A DNA stretch of 64,000 bases from Squalus acanthias (taxonomy: Eukaryota): positions 13,516,001-13,580,000 of the forward strand of contig CM059449.1 in the NCBI GenBank assembly GCA_030390025.1, written 5' to 3'. Within the stretch, counting starts at the first letter, position 1; the number at the start of each line of letters is the position of its first letter. Under the pieces are notes generated by a model. It searched no databases and was not told where the DNA came from. It saw only the letters and a list, made by a program, of their open reading frames with translations. The position numbers were made by a program, and so were the translations under genes. Positions 51,301 to 63,975 of this stretch are shown piece by piece.

Positions 51301-52248
51301 CCTCCTCACTGTTCACTATTCTTCCAAGTTTTGTGTCATCTGCAAATTTTGAAGTTGTGCCCTGTACACCTTAGGTGAGTGACAACGCCCTGGGTACAGC
51401 ACAGCACAGCACCGCACCTAGCTGCTGAGCTGATACAAGCCACAAAAAAGTAATGGTAAATACAAGCTTTTATTTCAAAAGTCTGTCGATTTCAGGGGGA
51501 AGGCTGAGGAGGGGTAATGTCTCCGTCTTATAAAAAATCATATCAAAAGTGGCAGAAAATTTACATTTGAGTTTATGATCCCTCCTTCATTATTGCGTTG
51601 CCATGTGGCTGCAGTTGGCAATACTGCTTACTGCGCACACTGCATTCTAAAAATATAAATTAGTCTGGCCCGAAAGGAAAGGAGGATTCTTGGTTTGTGA
51701 GGGTTCATCAGGACCTTTGCTATTCTGCGGGTCTGACAGCAGGATCGTGTCTGGACAGAACAGGTAAACACAGTATTGAAACAGACATACTTCTGCCATG
51801 GAAACTGGACTTGAAACCTCCGCGCACCACCCCACCCCCCCACCCCCCACCCCCATTATATTCTTATATTTGGAAAATTAATTGTTTACTGCTGGGTGTG
51901 TAGTCATAAGAACATAAGGAATAGGTGCAGGAATAAGCCACTTGGCCCCTCGAGCCTGCTCTGCCATTCAATAAGATCATGGCTGATCTTGGGCTCAAAG
52001 CTACTTCCCTGCCCGCTACCCATAACCCTTCACTCCCTTATCTTGTAAAAATCTGTCTATCTCCACCAGAAATGTATTTAATGACCCAGCCTCCACGGCT
52101 CTCTGGGGCAGAGAATTCCACAGATTTACGACCCTCTGAGAGAAGAAGTTCCTCCGCATCTCAGTTCTAAAAGGGCAACCCTTTATTCTGAGACTGTGCC
52201 CCCGAGTTCTAGCTTTCCCCACGAGGGGAAACATCCTCTCTGCATCTA
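48313..52248. mobile_element. Intron 2 CR1 fragments (48313-48695 +, 48886-49255 -, 49290-49890 +, 50465-51366 -, 51905-52248 -)
   Basis: CR1 ORF2 C-terminal motifs and tails. Confidence 0.82.
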
Positions 52249-52776
52249 GTGAACAGTCAGGACTCCGTTGTGCCGCATCACACTAATAAACAATTCATTT
52301 GCGTGGCGAGCTTCTTTTCTACAAATAGGCTGCACCACACGAGAGAGAGATCGAGATCTGCACAGAACATTGTAGAATTGTTCACACCTCCCCCCCCCCC
52401 CCCGCCCCCATCCCCCTCAGCCTTTCCCCTGAAATCGACAGGCTTTTGAAATAAAAGCTTGTATTCCACTACTTTTCTGCGGCTTGTATCTGCTCAGCAT
52501 CTAGGTGCTGTGCTGTGCCGAGGGCGTTGCCACACACCCAAGGTGTCTCAACTGAAACATACTGCCGACAATAGCAAGCAACAAAAACACAAAGAAAGGT
52601 GGAAAGAAAAATATATATTTTTTTGCTTGATGTGGTCGTCATCGTAGCGCTGTGCTGTACCGAGGGCGTTGCCACCCACCTACGGTTTCTCAGATAAACC
52701 CATACGGCCAACAATAGCAACCAACAAACATACAAAGAGGGTGGAAAGAAAAACGCGTTTTATTCTCTCTCTGCAG

Positions 52777-52914
52777 TTCGCGATGAATCTGAAGTGACAT
52801 CGGTTCCGTTTCAAGGGAACATATATCTGCTCATTTTTGCAGTGCTGACAGTTGTGTTCTTCGTGCTGACTCTTGTTAAAATAATTTCTACCCTGCACTG
52901 CTGCGGACCTCCAG
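52777..52914 (+). CDS. NCR3-like receptor exon 3 (stalk + transmembrane)
   Basis: Polypyrimidine tract with ctgcag acceptor and CAG|GTAATT donor; 138 nt, phase 1-1. Encodes IRDESEVTSVPFQGNIYLLIFAVLTVVFFVLTLVKIISTLHCCGPP. Confidence 0.88.
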
Positions 52915-52939
52915 GTAATTATCCTGAATTCAGCTTCAT

Positions 52940-55260
52940 TCCTAACTCGCACCAAGTCCCGTTCGCCCTTCACCCCTGTGCTCGCTGACCTACATTGGCT
53001 CCCGGTTAAGCAGCGCCTCGATTTCAAAATTCTCATCCTTGTTTTCAAATCCCTCCATGGCCTCGCCGCTCCCTATCTCTGTAATCTCCTTCAGCCCCAC
53101 AACCCCCCCAGATATCTGCGCTCCTCTAATTCTGCCCTCTTGAGCATCCCCGATTATAACCGCTCAACCATTGGTGGCCGTGCCTTCTGTTGCCAGGGGC
53201 CCTAAACTCTGGAATTTCCTGCCAAAACCTCTCCGCCAATCTCTGCTCCTTTAAGACACTCTTTAAAACCTACCTCTTTGACCAAGCTTTTGGTTACCTG
53301 CCCTAATTTCTCCTTATGTGGCTCAGTGTCAATTTTTTTTGTCTTATAATACTCCTTTGCTGCGCCTTGGGACGTTTTACTATGTTAAAGGCGCTATATA
53401 AATACATTTTATGGTTGTTGTTGTTGTTGTTCATTGATACGTGGAATGAGTGACTACAAACCCATCTCTTTCCATCAAAATATGAATGAGGAGATTCACG
53501 AGAATGTTGCCTGGTCTGGGGAATTTTAGCCATGAGGAAGGACTGGATAGGCTGGGGTTGTTTTCTTTGGAACAGAAGAGGCTGAGGGGAGAGCTAATTG
53601 AGGTGTATATAATTATGAGGGGCCTAGATAGAGTGGATAGGAAGGACCTGTTTCCCTTAGCAGAGAGGACAATAACCAGGGGGCATAGATTTAAAGTAAT
53701 TGGTCGAAGGTAAAGGGGATTTGAGGAGAATCTTTTTCACCCAGAGGGTGGTGGGGGCTGGAACTCACTGCCTGAAAGGGTGGGAGAGGCAGAAACTCTC
53801 TCCACATTCAAAAAGGACTTGGAGATGTACTTGAGGTGCTGTAACCTACAAGGCTACGGACCAAGTGCTGGAAAGTGGGATTAGGCTGGATAGCTCTTTG
53901 TCGGCCGGCGCGGACAAGGAGGGCAGAATGGCCTCCTTCTGTGCTGTAAATTTCTATGATCCTCTGATTCTATGACTATATCTGGAAACGAGTAACACCC
54001 ATGATGCATAGCTTAGATTGCAATATATCGACAACTGCACTACAAGAATCAAAATGATTGACAATTGGAATAATGTCTACGTTTTCTCTGATCAATTTTA
54101 TTGATCAAGAGAAACTCAATGAGGTGATCGCACGACGTTTGGAAAATCATTGCATAATTTTGCACAGTTTGGAACCATGGTTTTTTGACAAAATATTGAC
54201 ACACCCTGTTTTAATTAGCCTAGAAGCAATTAATGGAAAGACGGAATATGTATTAGATGTAACAGCACTTCAGTGTATTCACCACGAAAGACTGTCTCCG
54301 AGGAGGCTCCAGGGAATGAGCGAGGCCGAGATCAACTCAGCCCCATGCCCTTATTTTATTAATTGGAGGCCCATCATGTTGGCAGGTCGCCACAGCACAG
54401 TCGTAGGGTGCGTGGCTTTGGCAGTAAAGGAACGTATTGGGGGAAGCTAAGGGAGCGTGGCGGCCGTCTATCTGCCTCACCTGGCCAAGCAAGAAGCACG
54501 AATAAAAAAAACCAACTTGTATTTATAGAGCGCCTTTAACAAAGTAAAACGTCCCAAGGCGCTTCACAGGAGCGATTATCAGACAACATTTGACACCGAG
54601 CCACAAAAGGAGAAATTAGGGCTTGTGGCCAAAAGCTTGGTTAAAGAGGTAGGTGTTAAGGAGCTTCTTAAAGGAGGAAAGGGAGGCGGAGAGGTTTAGG
54701 GAAGGGGAGGGGAAAAGAGAAAGAAACAGGAGTGGGAAATTACAATGTAACAAACCGCGTATCAGAACGACAAGAATGAAAAAAACACCACTGCTGCATT
54801 TACATAGGATTACATCGGATATAGGGCACCGAAACAGGCCATTGAGCCCAACCAGTCCATGCAGGCGTTTATGCTGCACTCGAGCCTCCTCCCGTCTTTC
54901 CTCATCTAACTCTATCAGCATAACCCTCTATTCCCCTCTCCCCTTAAATGCATCTATACTATTTGCCTCAACCACTCCCTGTGGTAGCGAGTTCCACATT
55001 CTCAACACTCTTTGGGTAAAGAAGTTTCTTCTGAATTCCCTATTGGATTTCTTGGTGACTATCTTATATTGAGGGCCTCTAGTTATGCTCTTCCCCACAA
55101 GTGGAAACATTCTCTCTGTATCCACTCTATCAAAACCTTTCATAATTTTAAAGACCTCTATTAGGTCACCCCTCGGACCTCTTTTTTCAAGAGAAAAGAG
55201 ACCCAGCCTGTTCATCCTTTCCTGATATGTATACCCTCGCATTTCTGGTACCATCCTTGT
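52940..55260. mobile_element. Intron 3 LINE fragments (L2 52940-53432 +, CR1 53487-53975 +, L2 54510-54710 -, CR1 54800-55260 -)
   Basis: Match the L2 and CR1 3' ends elsewhere in the window. Confidence 0.8.
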
Positions 55261-55655
55261 AATTATTTATGCATCACTTTCAATGTAATGTTCTAATACA
55301 TAAAATTATGAGGCGGTCGTCCAAATTGTAGACAATTGAAAACTTATCTAAATGTTAAACTCTGAAGACCTCAGAAGGTCCCATGACTTCACAGTCTCTT
55401 TAAATGTTTTGCTCCATAAGCCTTTTTGCTGTTTTATAGATGCAGTGTTATAATGTTTTTGTCACAGTGTAAGATATTAAACAAAGGTAAAGCAAGGATA
55501 ATATAATTTTGGAAAATAAACTTTTATGTTAATGAAGAAATACATTTCCTTCTTAAAGTTTTCACAGTGTACTGACAGTAATAGCATACTAATTTTTGGA
55601 CTGTTATGTTTTGTTCCGTTTTGAAAATATCTAATCCATTTAAAACGTTTTAAAG

Positions 55656-55687
55656 ATAAAAGAACGGGGAGCCAAGGTGCAAACAAG
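55656..55687 (+). CDS. NCR3-like receptor exon 4 (short cytoplasmic exon)
   Basis: ttttaaag acceptor and AAG|GTATGT donor. The 32-nt length converts phase 1 to phase 0 as required. Encodes DKRTGSQGANK. Confidence 0.72.
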
Positions 55688-55751
55688 GTATGTAGCATTT
55701 TTTAATGAAGACATTCAATTCGATTTGCTCAATGATTAATTGTCATTGTAG

Positions 55752-55820
55752 GTGACTATTTTTGAGGAGCTGGATGAAGAGCTAAGATTCACTTTACAGG
55801 AGACCACCATGGTGCAACCG
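55752..55820 (+). CDS. NCR3-like receptor exon 5 (cytoplasmic)
   Basis: ttgtag acceptor after a 64-nt intron; encodes VTIFEELDEELRFTLQETTMVQP. CCG|GTTGGA is the best phase-0 donor, but the exact 3' end is uncertain. Confidence 0.62.
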
Positions 55821-56292
55821 GTTGGAATAGAGGACAAAATAAATAGTGTAAACTCACCCTTTTATAGCGGTTTCAATTTTACTGGCGCAAGCCAAGGCAG
55901 AAAATCTATCGCGAACACGTGTTATTCAGTCTGGTTATATTCTACTGCGTATCAAGTTTCCGAAATACTTTTTTTTAGCACGTCAGGGAACAGTAAAGAG
56001 TGTAATCGTCACTAGATGTTATTATACACTTAAAATAGATACTCTCAAAAACAGTCAGGGGTTTAAGTAGCATTGCTTCGGGTGGATTGCTCTGTAGTGT
56101 TAGGGGTTTTGAATTATAAGATGCTCAGTTCTGTAAGAGGAAAAAAAATACATTGGCCCGAAACTGCTCGCAGTATGTCAGTAAAATTGCATATAAATGG
56201 ACCGCCTGTAGCCTTTTGAATAATTATGCACCCAGATGTATCAGTTATCGTGTAATCTCAGCTCTTGTAACAAATGATCTGATTAATTTAAG

Positions 56293-56577
56293 GAAGGACA
56301 CGCGCCGGAAAATATTATTTACGCTACCCTGAATATCCCGGGATCAAACAGCCTTAAGCCTCCGGATCGGATTGCCTGCGAGTCGGTGAGGTCGCGCCTA
56401 CAGAATAAAAACCCAATCGCGCGCGGGTCGCTATCGCCTCAAGAAAGTACAGAAGAATCGGTTGTGTACACGTCATTGTGGCATCCGGCTTACAGTGAGA
56501 ACTCGATTCTGCCCGAGCCTGTGCAGACTCCTAGAAGGAAGGCCGAGCAGGTCGTGTACGCGGCTGTGAGGGTGTAG
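56293..56577 (+). CDS. NCR3-like receptor terminal coding exon with three ITIMs
   Basis: aatttaag acceptor, phase 0. Reads EGHAPEN-IIYATL-...-VVYTSL-...-VVYAAV-RV-stop (TAG 56575-56577); in frame with the supplied ORF 56386..56577. Confidence 0.88.
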   Translation, partial: EGHAPENIIYATLNIPGSNSLKPPDRIACESVRSRLQNKNPIARGSLSPQESTEESVVYTSLWHPAYSENSILPEPVQTPRRKAEQVVYAAVRV

Positions 56578-56796
56578 CGTTTGTGTCATAATGGTCCTTG
56601 CAGATTCTCAATGAGAGACTTTTTGTAAATACAACCTAGCTTGGCGGTGGGGATTGCGGGGGTTAACAGAAGTTAACTTGATGCTGACCGTCCATTGTTA
56701 TGAGAAATAAGTATCAACTTGGCCTCGTTGCTTTGATATTCCCACTCTTATTAAGCTCAAACCTTGATAAATTGAAAATTCCACATATTCCAACAT

Positions 56797-56802
56797 AATA
56801 AA
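56797..56802 (+). promoter_or_regulatory. Candidate polyadenylation signal of the NCR3-like gene
   Basis: AATAAA about 220 nt after the stop codon, in an AT-rich 3' UTR. Confidence 0.5.
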
Positions 56803-58459
56803 TATTATTAAATCCATGTTATTTCAATGTGTGCGAAAAAGGAGATTTTGTAACAGCAGTTTGATGGCTTCAGTCCCGCTTTATTGGCACTCCATCCACC
56901 ACCTTAAACATTCACTCCCTCCACCACCGGCGCACCGTGGCTGCAGTGTGTACCATCGACAAGATTCATTGCAGCAACTCGCCAAGGCTTCTTCGGCAGC
57001 ACCTCCCAAACCCGCGACCTCTTCCACCTAGAAGGACAAGGGCAGCAGGTGCCTGGGAACACCAGCACCTGCAAGGTCCCCTCCAAGTCACACACCATCC
57101 TGACTTGGAAATATATCACCGTTCCTTCATCGTCGCTGGGTCAAAACACTGGAACTCCCTTCGTGACAGCGCTGTGGGAGCACCTTCACCACACGGACTG
57201 CAGCGGTTCAAGAAGGCGGCTCACCACCACTTTGTCAAGGGCAACTAGGGATGGGCAATAAATGCCGGCCTTGCCAGCGACGCCCACATCCCAGGAACGA
57301 ATAAAAAAATATTCCAGGTCACAGTGCTCTGGGGTTTGATGCTGTTCCCTTGCCCTTATTGTCGGAATGAAATCAGTTCTGTTTTGTTCTATTTGTGCTT
57401 CTCTATTATCATTCCTCAAATCGCATGTAATCTCTCGAAGAGCAAGTATATTAACCAAGGTTTGAAATGAAGTCTGAAACCTACAATTTCTAATGTGTCC
57501 ACTGGACAGTCCTGCAGTTGTAGACACGATGGATTGGAAGATGCTGTTAGGTATAACCGTGCCCCACTTTGGTTTGTCATTCCTCTGTCCACTATTTTAA
57601 CGAGATGTGCTTCCATTTAAAATAAAGACCCTGAATTGAGTTTCCCAAGTCGGAGGGGTCAGCTGTAATCTTAACCGTCCGCAGGGAAACTGACGCGATC
57701 GGGTCCAAGGCTGGGTTTAGAGTCCGCCTGATTTTACTCCCCATTGAATTCAATCGCGAGTAATATTGGGCGGGGTGTAAAGCCGGCATTCAACCCGATC
57801 CTGTGGGTTTCCCCCCAGCGAGTTACATTAAAATTGCCCCCATTTTCTTTCCAGTAACTCTTTTGTCACAAGTTGTTCTCTCACAACGTTTATCTGCGCA
57901 TGAAGGGAGTAGACACCCGTTTGGGGTGAAATTCCTATTTTATTTCTCGATGTGTGGGTAATAATATCACAATGCATGCAAAGTTGTGCGCTCAGTGATA
58001 TTTTAAGCTGTCCTCGTTAATTCATAAGGCGCCCTGCAATTTTTATGCATCAGACCCTATTAATATAATTATTTAGTTGTGAAAAACTATTACAGATGAG
58101 TAACAATTTGATTATTTTACCACGTTTATGTCTTTTCCTCCAGGCAGTGATTGATATAGTTCAATGGGCGTCGGCAAGTCGCTGTAATCTCACCTAACTG
58201 ATCATTAGGGAATGAGCGCATGCACCCTCTTCTATTGTGGGCTGGCTGCCAATCGAGTCCTATCCTGTCCTTGGCCGCCTTCCACACTCACAGGAACTTC
58301 AAAAATGTGTGTCTCAGGAGCAAGAACCACGGCTGGTATCCTCTATTTAGACTGCTGAGATTAACTAGAACGAACACAGCCCCCGTTCTACTAAAGCGAG
58401 TTAACTCAGCACAGAGGAGCGATACAATCCACGGTGCCTTCTGGTGCTTATAGCTCATT

Positions 58460-61400
58460 ACAGATCCCTGAAGGTAGCAGGACAGGTAGATAAGGTGGTT
58501 AGGAAGGCACACGGGATACTTGCCTTTATTAGCTGATGCATAGAATATAATAGCAGGGAGGTTATGCTTGAACTGTATAAAACATTAGTTAGGCCTCAGC
58601 TAGAGTACTGCGTACAGTTCTGGTAACCACATTACAGGAAGGATTTGATTGCGCTAGAGAAGGTACAGAGGAGATTTATGAGGATGTTGCCGGGAGTAGA
58701 GAATTTTGACTATGAGGGAAGATTGGATCGGCTGGGGTTGTTTTCTTTGGAACGGATGAGGTTGAGGGGAGACCTAATTGAGGTGTATAAAATTATGAGG
58801 GGCCTAGATAGAGTGGATAGGAAGGAACTGTTTCCCTTGGCAGAGGGGTCAACGACCAGGGGGTGTAGATTTAAAGTCATTTGTAGAAGGTTTTGAGAGG
58901 ATTTGAGGGGAATTTTTTTCACCCAGAGGGTGGTGGAGGTCCGGAACTCACTGGCTGAAAGGATGGTAGAGGTAGAAACTCTCACCACATTCAAAAAGAA
59001 CTTGGATATGCACTTGAAGTGCCGCAACCTACAGGGCTACAGACCAAGAGGTGGCAGGTGGGATTAGGGTGGATAGTGCTTTGTCGACCGGTGCGGACAC
59101 GATGGGCCGAATGACCTCCTTCTGTGCTGTAAATTTCTATGATTCTATGATAACTACACCATGCACTTTGTTTATTCGCTAAGCTATTGGGAAGTTTAAC
59201 TTGCACTTAACTATGCTGATCTTACCAAATCACGTTTACTCACACGATAGCTCCCTAAATGTTTTTTTGCTGAGGATTTGTTCCTTTTTCACATAATTCA
59301 CATATTAAGGAAGGATTATAATGAATCCGGGGTTAGTTTCACCAGCATTTATTTGTAGGTGCCAACTAGAATTAAAGAGTAGAAATTAATGCTTAAATCC
59401 AGGAAATTTTATTTCGCTTAAGCTATATCAGCACAATCGAATATGATTCCACTCGTTCAAATAGGCATTGACAAAATCAAAGAACAAATTAACATTCTCG
59501 TGAATATCGATGGACACGCTTGTTTTATTATGTAAAACCGGAATGAGTTATTTTGACTGCGAAATATACATAAAACTGAGTTTTTTTCATTTTACAACAC
59601 ATTAAAGGTCCGATTAGCATTTGATGGATGCACTTTGAGACGGAAACCGCGGGTATTTCAAATCTAGGCTCCCTCAAGGCGTCCTCAACTTAAATAACTT
59701 AAATCTATTGCTGCCAGCATTGATCGCGTCAAGGACACAGTGTATGAGTCTTAATTGCATCCCGGTTCCATATATTTTTGTTTAAATTCTTGCACATTTG
59801 CCTCAGTTCTTCTTCAAACATATTGGAAGAAACAATACGGGACAGATGCCAAACACTCTGTTCTTGCAAGTGTTTATGGTTGAGCATTTTTTTTTATTAA
59901 TCAGAGAGGGAGTGATAGAGACAGTGAGAACAATTGGCATCGAATTGATTACACAGCTATTGTAGCTTTTGATCTGTGTTCTATAAATTTCAGAAAGTGT
60001 ATTAAGCTTAACTGAAAAAGGAATGAATCTCATTGCTTCGACAACCAATTTTATCGCGACTGGTATTTTTGTTCAACATTGATAGATCTTACCAAAGTAA
60101 GTACATTGGAACTAATTTAGAGTAAAACGGTGCTTCTCTCCAAGGACTTGCACTGATTCTTCATGTGAATATAGAAACATAGAAGATAGGAGAAGGAGTA
60201 GGCCATTCGGCCCCTCGAGCCTGCTCCGCCATTCAATTCGATCATGGCTGATCATCCAAATTCAGTACCCTGTCCCTGCTTTCTCTCCATATCCCTTAAT
60301 CCCCTTAGCCTTAAGAAATATATCTAACTCCTTCTTTAATATATTTAATGAATTGGACTCAACTGTCTTCTGCGGTAGAGAACTCCACAGGTTCACCACT
60401 TTCTGGGTGAAGAAATTCCTCCTCATCTCAGTGCCTAAATGGCTTACCCCTTATCTTTAGACTGTGACCCCTGGTTCTGGACTCCCCCGCCATCGAGAAC
60501 ATCCTTCCTGCATCTAGTCTGTCTAGTCCTTTTAGAATTTGATAAGTTTCAATGAGATCCCCTCTTATTCTTCTAAACTCTAGCGAATATAAGCCTAATC
60601 GACGCAATCTCTCTTCATACGTCATTCCTGCCATCCCAGGTATCAGTCTAGTGAATCTTCGCTGCACTCCCTCCATGGCAAGAACATCCTTCCTCAGATA
60701 AGGCGACAAAAACTGCACACAATACTCAAGGTGTGGTCTCACCAAGGCCCTCTACAACTGCAACAAGACATCCTTGCTCCTGTACTCGAATCCTCACGCT
60801 ATGAAGGCCAACATACCACTTGCCTTCTTAACTGCCTGCTGCACCTGCATGCTTACCTTCAGCTATTGGTGCACAAGGACACCCAGGTCTCTTTGCACGT
60901 CCCCTTTTCCCAATGTATTGCCGTTCAGATAATAATCTGCCTTCCTGTTTTTGCCACCAAAGCGGATAACCTCGCATTTATCCACATTATACTGCATCTG
61001 CCATGCATCTGCCCAATCACCCAACCTGTCCAAATCATACTGGAGTTTCTCTGCATCCTCCTCACAGCACACACGCCCACCCAGCTTTGTGTCGGCTGCA
61101 AACTTGGAGATATTACATCTAGTTGCCTCGTCTAGATCATTAATATATATTGTGAATAGCTGGGGTCCTAGGACTGATCCCTGCGGTACCCCACTAGTCA
61201 CTGCCTGCCACTCGGAAAAAGACCCGTTTATGCCAACTCTTTGCTTCCTGACTGCCAACGTCAACACGTGTTAGTTCCTGGTCTTGAACTAAAATCAAGT
61301 GTTCATCAGTGGGCGGGGCTTTAAAGTACGGCGTCTCCCCCCACCCCCCCCCCACCCCCACCGCTCCATACCCATAGTTTGAAAGCCAGATTTCGCAAAG

Positions 61401-62680
61401 GAATGTTTTATTGAGTCATTTGTTCTCTCCTTGTAGCAGAGAAGGCTAAGAGGCGATTTGATAGAGGTGTTTAAAATTGTGAAGGGTTTAGATAGAGTAA
61501 ATAAAGAGAAACTATTTTCAATGGCCCAACGGTCGATAACCAGAGGGCACAGATTTAAAGTGGTTGTCAAAAGAACCAGAGGCGACATGAAGAAAACTTT
61601 TTTTACGCAACGAGTGGTTAGGATTTGGAATGCACTGCCTGATAGGGTGGTGGATACAGATTCAATAGTAGCCTTCAAATGGGAATTGGACAAATACTTC
61701 AAGGAGAACGAATTGCAGGGATATGGGGAAAGAGCGGGGAAGTGGGATTAACTGGATTGCTCTTCGAAAGAGCCGGCACAGACTTGATGTGCTGAATGGC
61801 CTCCTTCTGTGCTGTAATTTCTTCAGCTCCCCCTGAGGTCCCGAAACAGACTACTCATGACCAGGGCGTTCTCTTTCACCCAGAGTTGCACTTCTGATGC
61901 ACATATCCCCACTTCTTCCACGTCCATAACATCACGCCCTCCATCTTACTTCAGTCCATCTGCCACTCAAACACTCATCCATCCTTTTGCAACCCCCAGA
62001 CTCCACTTTCCCAATGCTCTTTTCGGGCCTCCCGTCCTCCACCCAATATAAGCTTCGGTTCATCTCAAACTCATGCTACCACTAGTATATCCCACACCCA
62101 GTCCCGGTCCCAGCACCCCCCGCCCCCCTCACCTTTGTCCTTGCTGGCTTATATTGGCTCTCGATTTCCCAAAGCCTCAAATTAAAAAAATCTCATCCTA
62201 GTGTTTTTATCGTAATCTAATTTTATTGAAATTATAATTCAACTATATTCAGGTTGGAACATTCACAAGGGCAACCAAATACTGGTGGAGCGAGTTCCAG
62301 ATTTCCAGTACTCTTTGTATGAAGAAGGGCTTCCTGACAACGGACTGAACAGGCTGGGGCTCTTTTCTCTAGAAAAGAGAAGGTGGAGGGGTGACCTGAG
62401 AGAGGTCTTTAAGATAATGAAAGGGTTTGCTAGGGTAGACGTAGAGAAAACGTTACCACTTGTGTTGGAAACCAAAACTAGCTGCCATGAATATAAGATA
62501 GTCACCAATAAATCCAATCAGGAGTTCAGTGGAAACGTCTTTACACAGAGAGTGGTGAGAATGTGGAACTCCAGAGAACTCATCCAGTGAATGGCGTGGA
62601 TGCATTTAAGTGGAAGTTATATAAGCACACGAGGTAGATAGGAATAGAAGGTTATGCTGATATGAGCTCGATGGGAATAA
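58460..62680. mobile_element. CR1 fragments (58460-59150 +, 60170-61256 -, 61420-61820 +, 62345-62680 +)
   Basis: CR1 ORF2 C-terminal and RT motifs. Confidence 0.82.
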
Positions 62681-62689
62681 AAACGTCAG

Positions 62690-63975
62690 CTGTAGCTAGT
62701 TGGTAGCACCCTCACCACTGAGTCAGAAGGTCGTGGGTTGAAGTCCCACTCCAGGGACTTGAGCACAAAAGTCTAAGCTGACTCTCCACTGCAGTACTGA
62801 AGGAGTGCTGTACTGTTGGAGGTGCCGTCTTTTGGATGAGACGTTAAACTGAGGCCCCGTCTGCCCTCTCAGGTGGATTTAAAAGATCCCATGGCACTAA
62901 TTCGAAGAAGAGCAGGAGGAGTTATCCCCGGTGTCCTGGCCAATGTTTATTCCTCAATCAACATCACTAAAACAGATTGGCCCGAAAATTAGGCCTAATA
63001 CGCGAGAGTACGCACTGTGTACTCTCGCGTATTAGATCCCGAATTGCCGGTTTCCTGCATGCACTGCGCATGCGCGGGAAACCAGCACTTCGTGAATTGC
63101 AAAGAGGGCGGTTCCTAAGTTAACCGCGTGCACGCTACAGGTTGTGCGCACGCAGTGTACTTAGTTATTTTTTCAGCTTTGAACGCGCAGGTAAGTGGTG
63201 AAGATTTTACACATAAAGAAAGCAGGCATAGGACCCCCTTTTAACAAGGTAAGTAGTTAATTAAGTGTTATTTTAACAAATTTTCAACAGGTTTATCTTT
63301 TTTAGAGACTTTAAAGAAAGGTAAGTTTATTTTTATAACTTTTAAAAAGATTTTAAATGTTTTCAAAAATTAATTTTTTTGTTTAAAGTGGTTAATTTAT
63401 TTAACTATACTTATTTTATTAATGTGATGGCTTTTTTAAATTTAATTGAGGTTTAGCTGTTCTTTTGGGGGTTTGTAGTATTCATAGCTTTGACACGGTG
63501 GCATAGTGGTTAGCACTGTTGCCTCACAGCGCTACGGACCCAGGTTCAAATCTCGGCGTTGGGTGACTGTCTGTGTGGAGTTTGCACATTCTCCTCCGTG
63601 TCTGCGTGGGTTTTCTCCGGGTGCTCCGGTTTCCTCCCAGTGTCCAAAGATGTGCGGGTTAGGTTGATTTGGCTATGATAAATTGACCCTTAGTGTTAGG
63701 GGGATTAAATACGTGGGGTTACGGGGATAGGGTGGGATATGTGTCGGTGCAGGCTCGATGGGCCGAAATGGCCTATATCTGCACTGTGGGGATTCTGTGA
63801 TTAACGTAGTAAAACGTCCCAAGGCGCTGCACAAGAGTATTATAAGACAAAAAATTGACACCGAGCAACATATGGATAAAATACAACAGTGACTACACTT
63901 CAAAAAGTACTTAATTGGCTGTAAAGCGTCTTGGGACGTCCGGTGGTCGTGAAAGGCGCTATATAGATGTAAGTT
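62690..63975 (+). mobile_element. Deu-domain SINE (62690-62978, resuming 63880-63975) with nested MITE, HE1 SINE (63493-63800) and L2 tail
   Basis: Colinear with the 40675-41112 SINE on both sides of the insertions. Confidence 0.75.
62979..63492 (+). mobile_element. Harbinger-type MITE, truncated, nested in a SINE
   Basis: Starts ATT-GGCCCGAAAATTAGGCC, is colinear with the 19250 copy, and is cut by an HE1 SINE. Confidence 0.78.

Noticed and set aside
54058-54450. 130-aa plus-strand ORF in intron 3
   Set aside because: No motif or clear splice sites, and it is not needed for the phase-consistent gene model.
59736-59765. CACAGTG as an RSS heptamer
   Set aside because: No nonamer at 12 or 23 bp and no adjacent gene segment.
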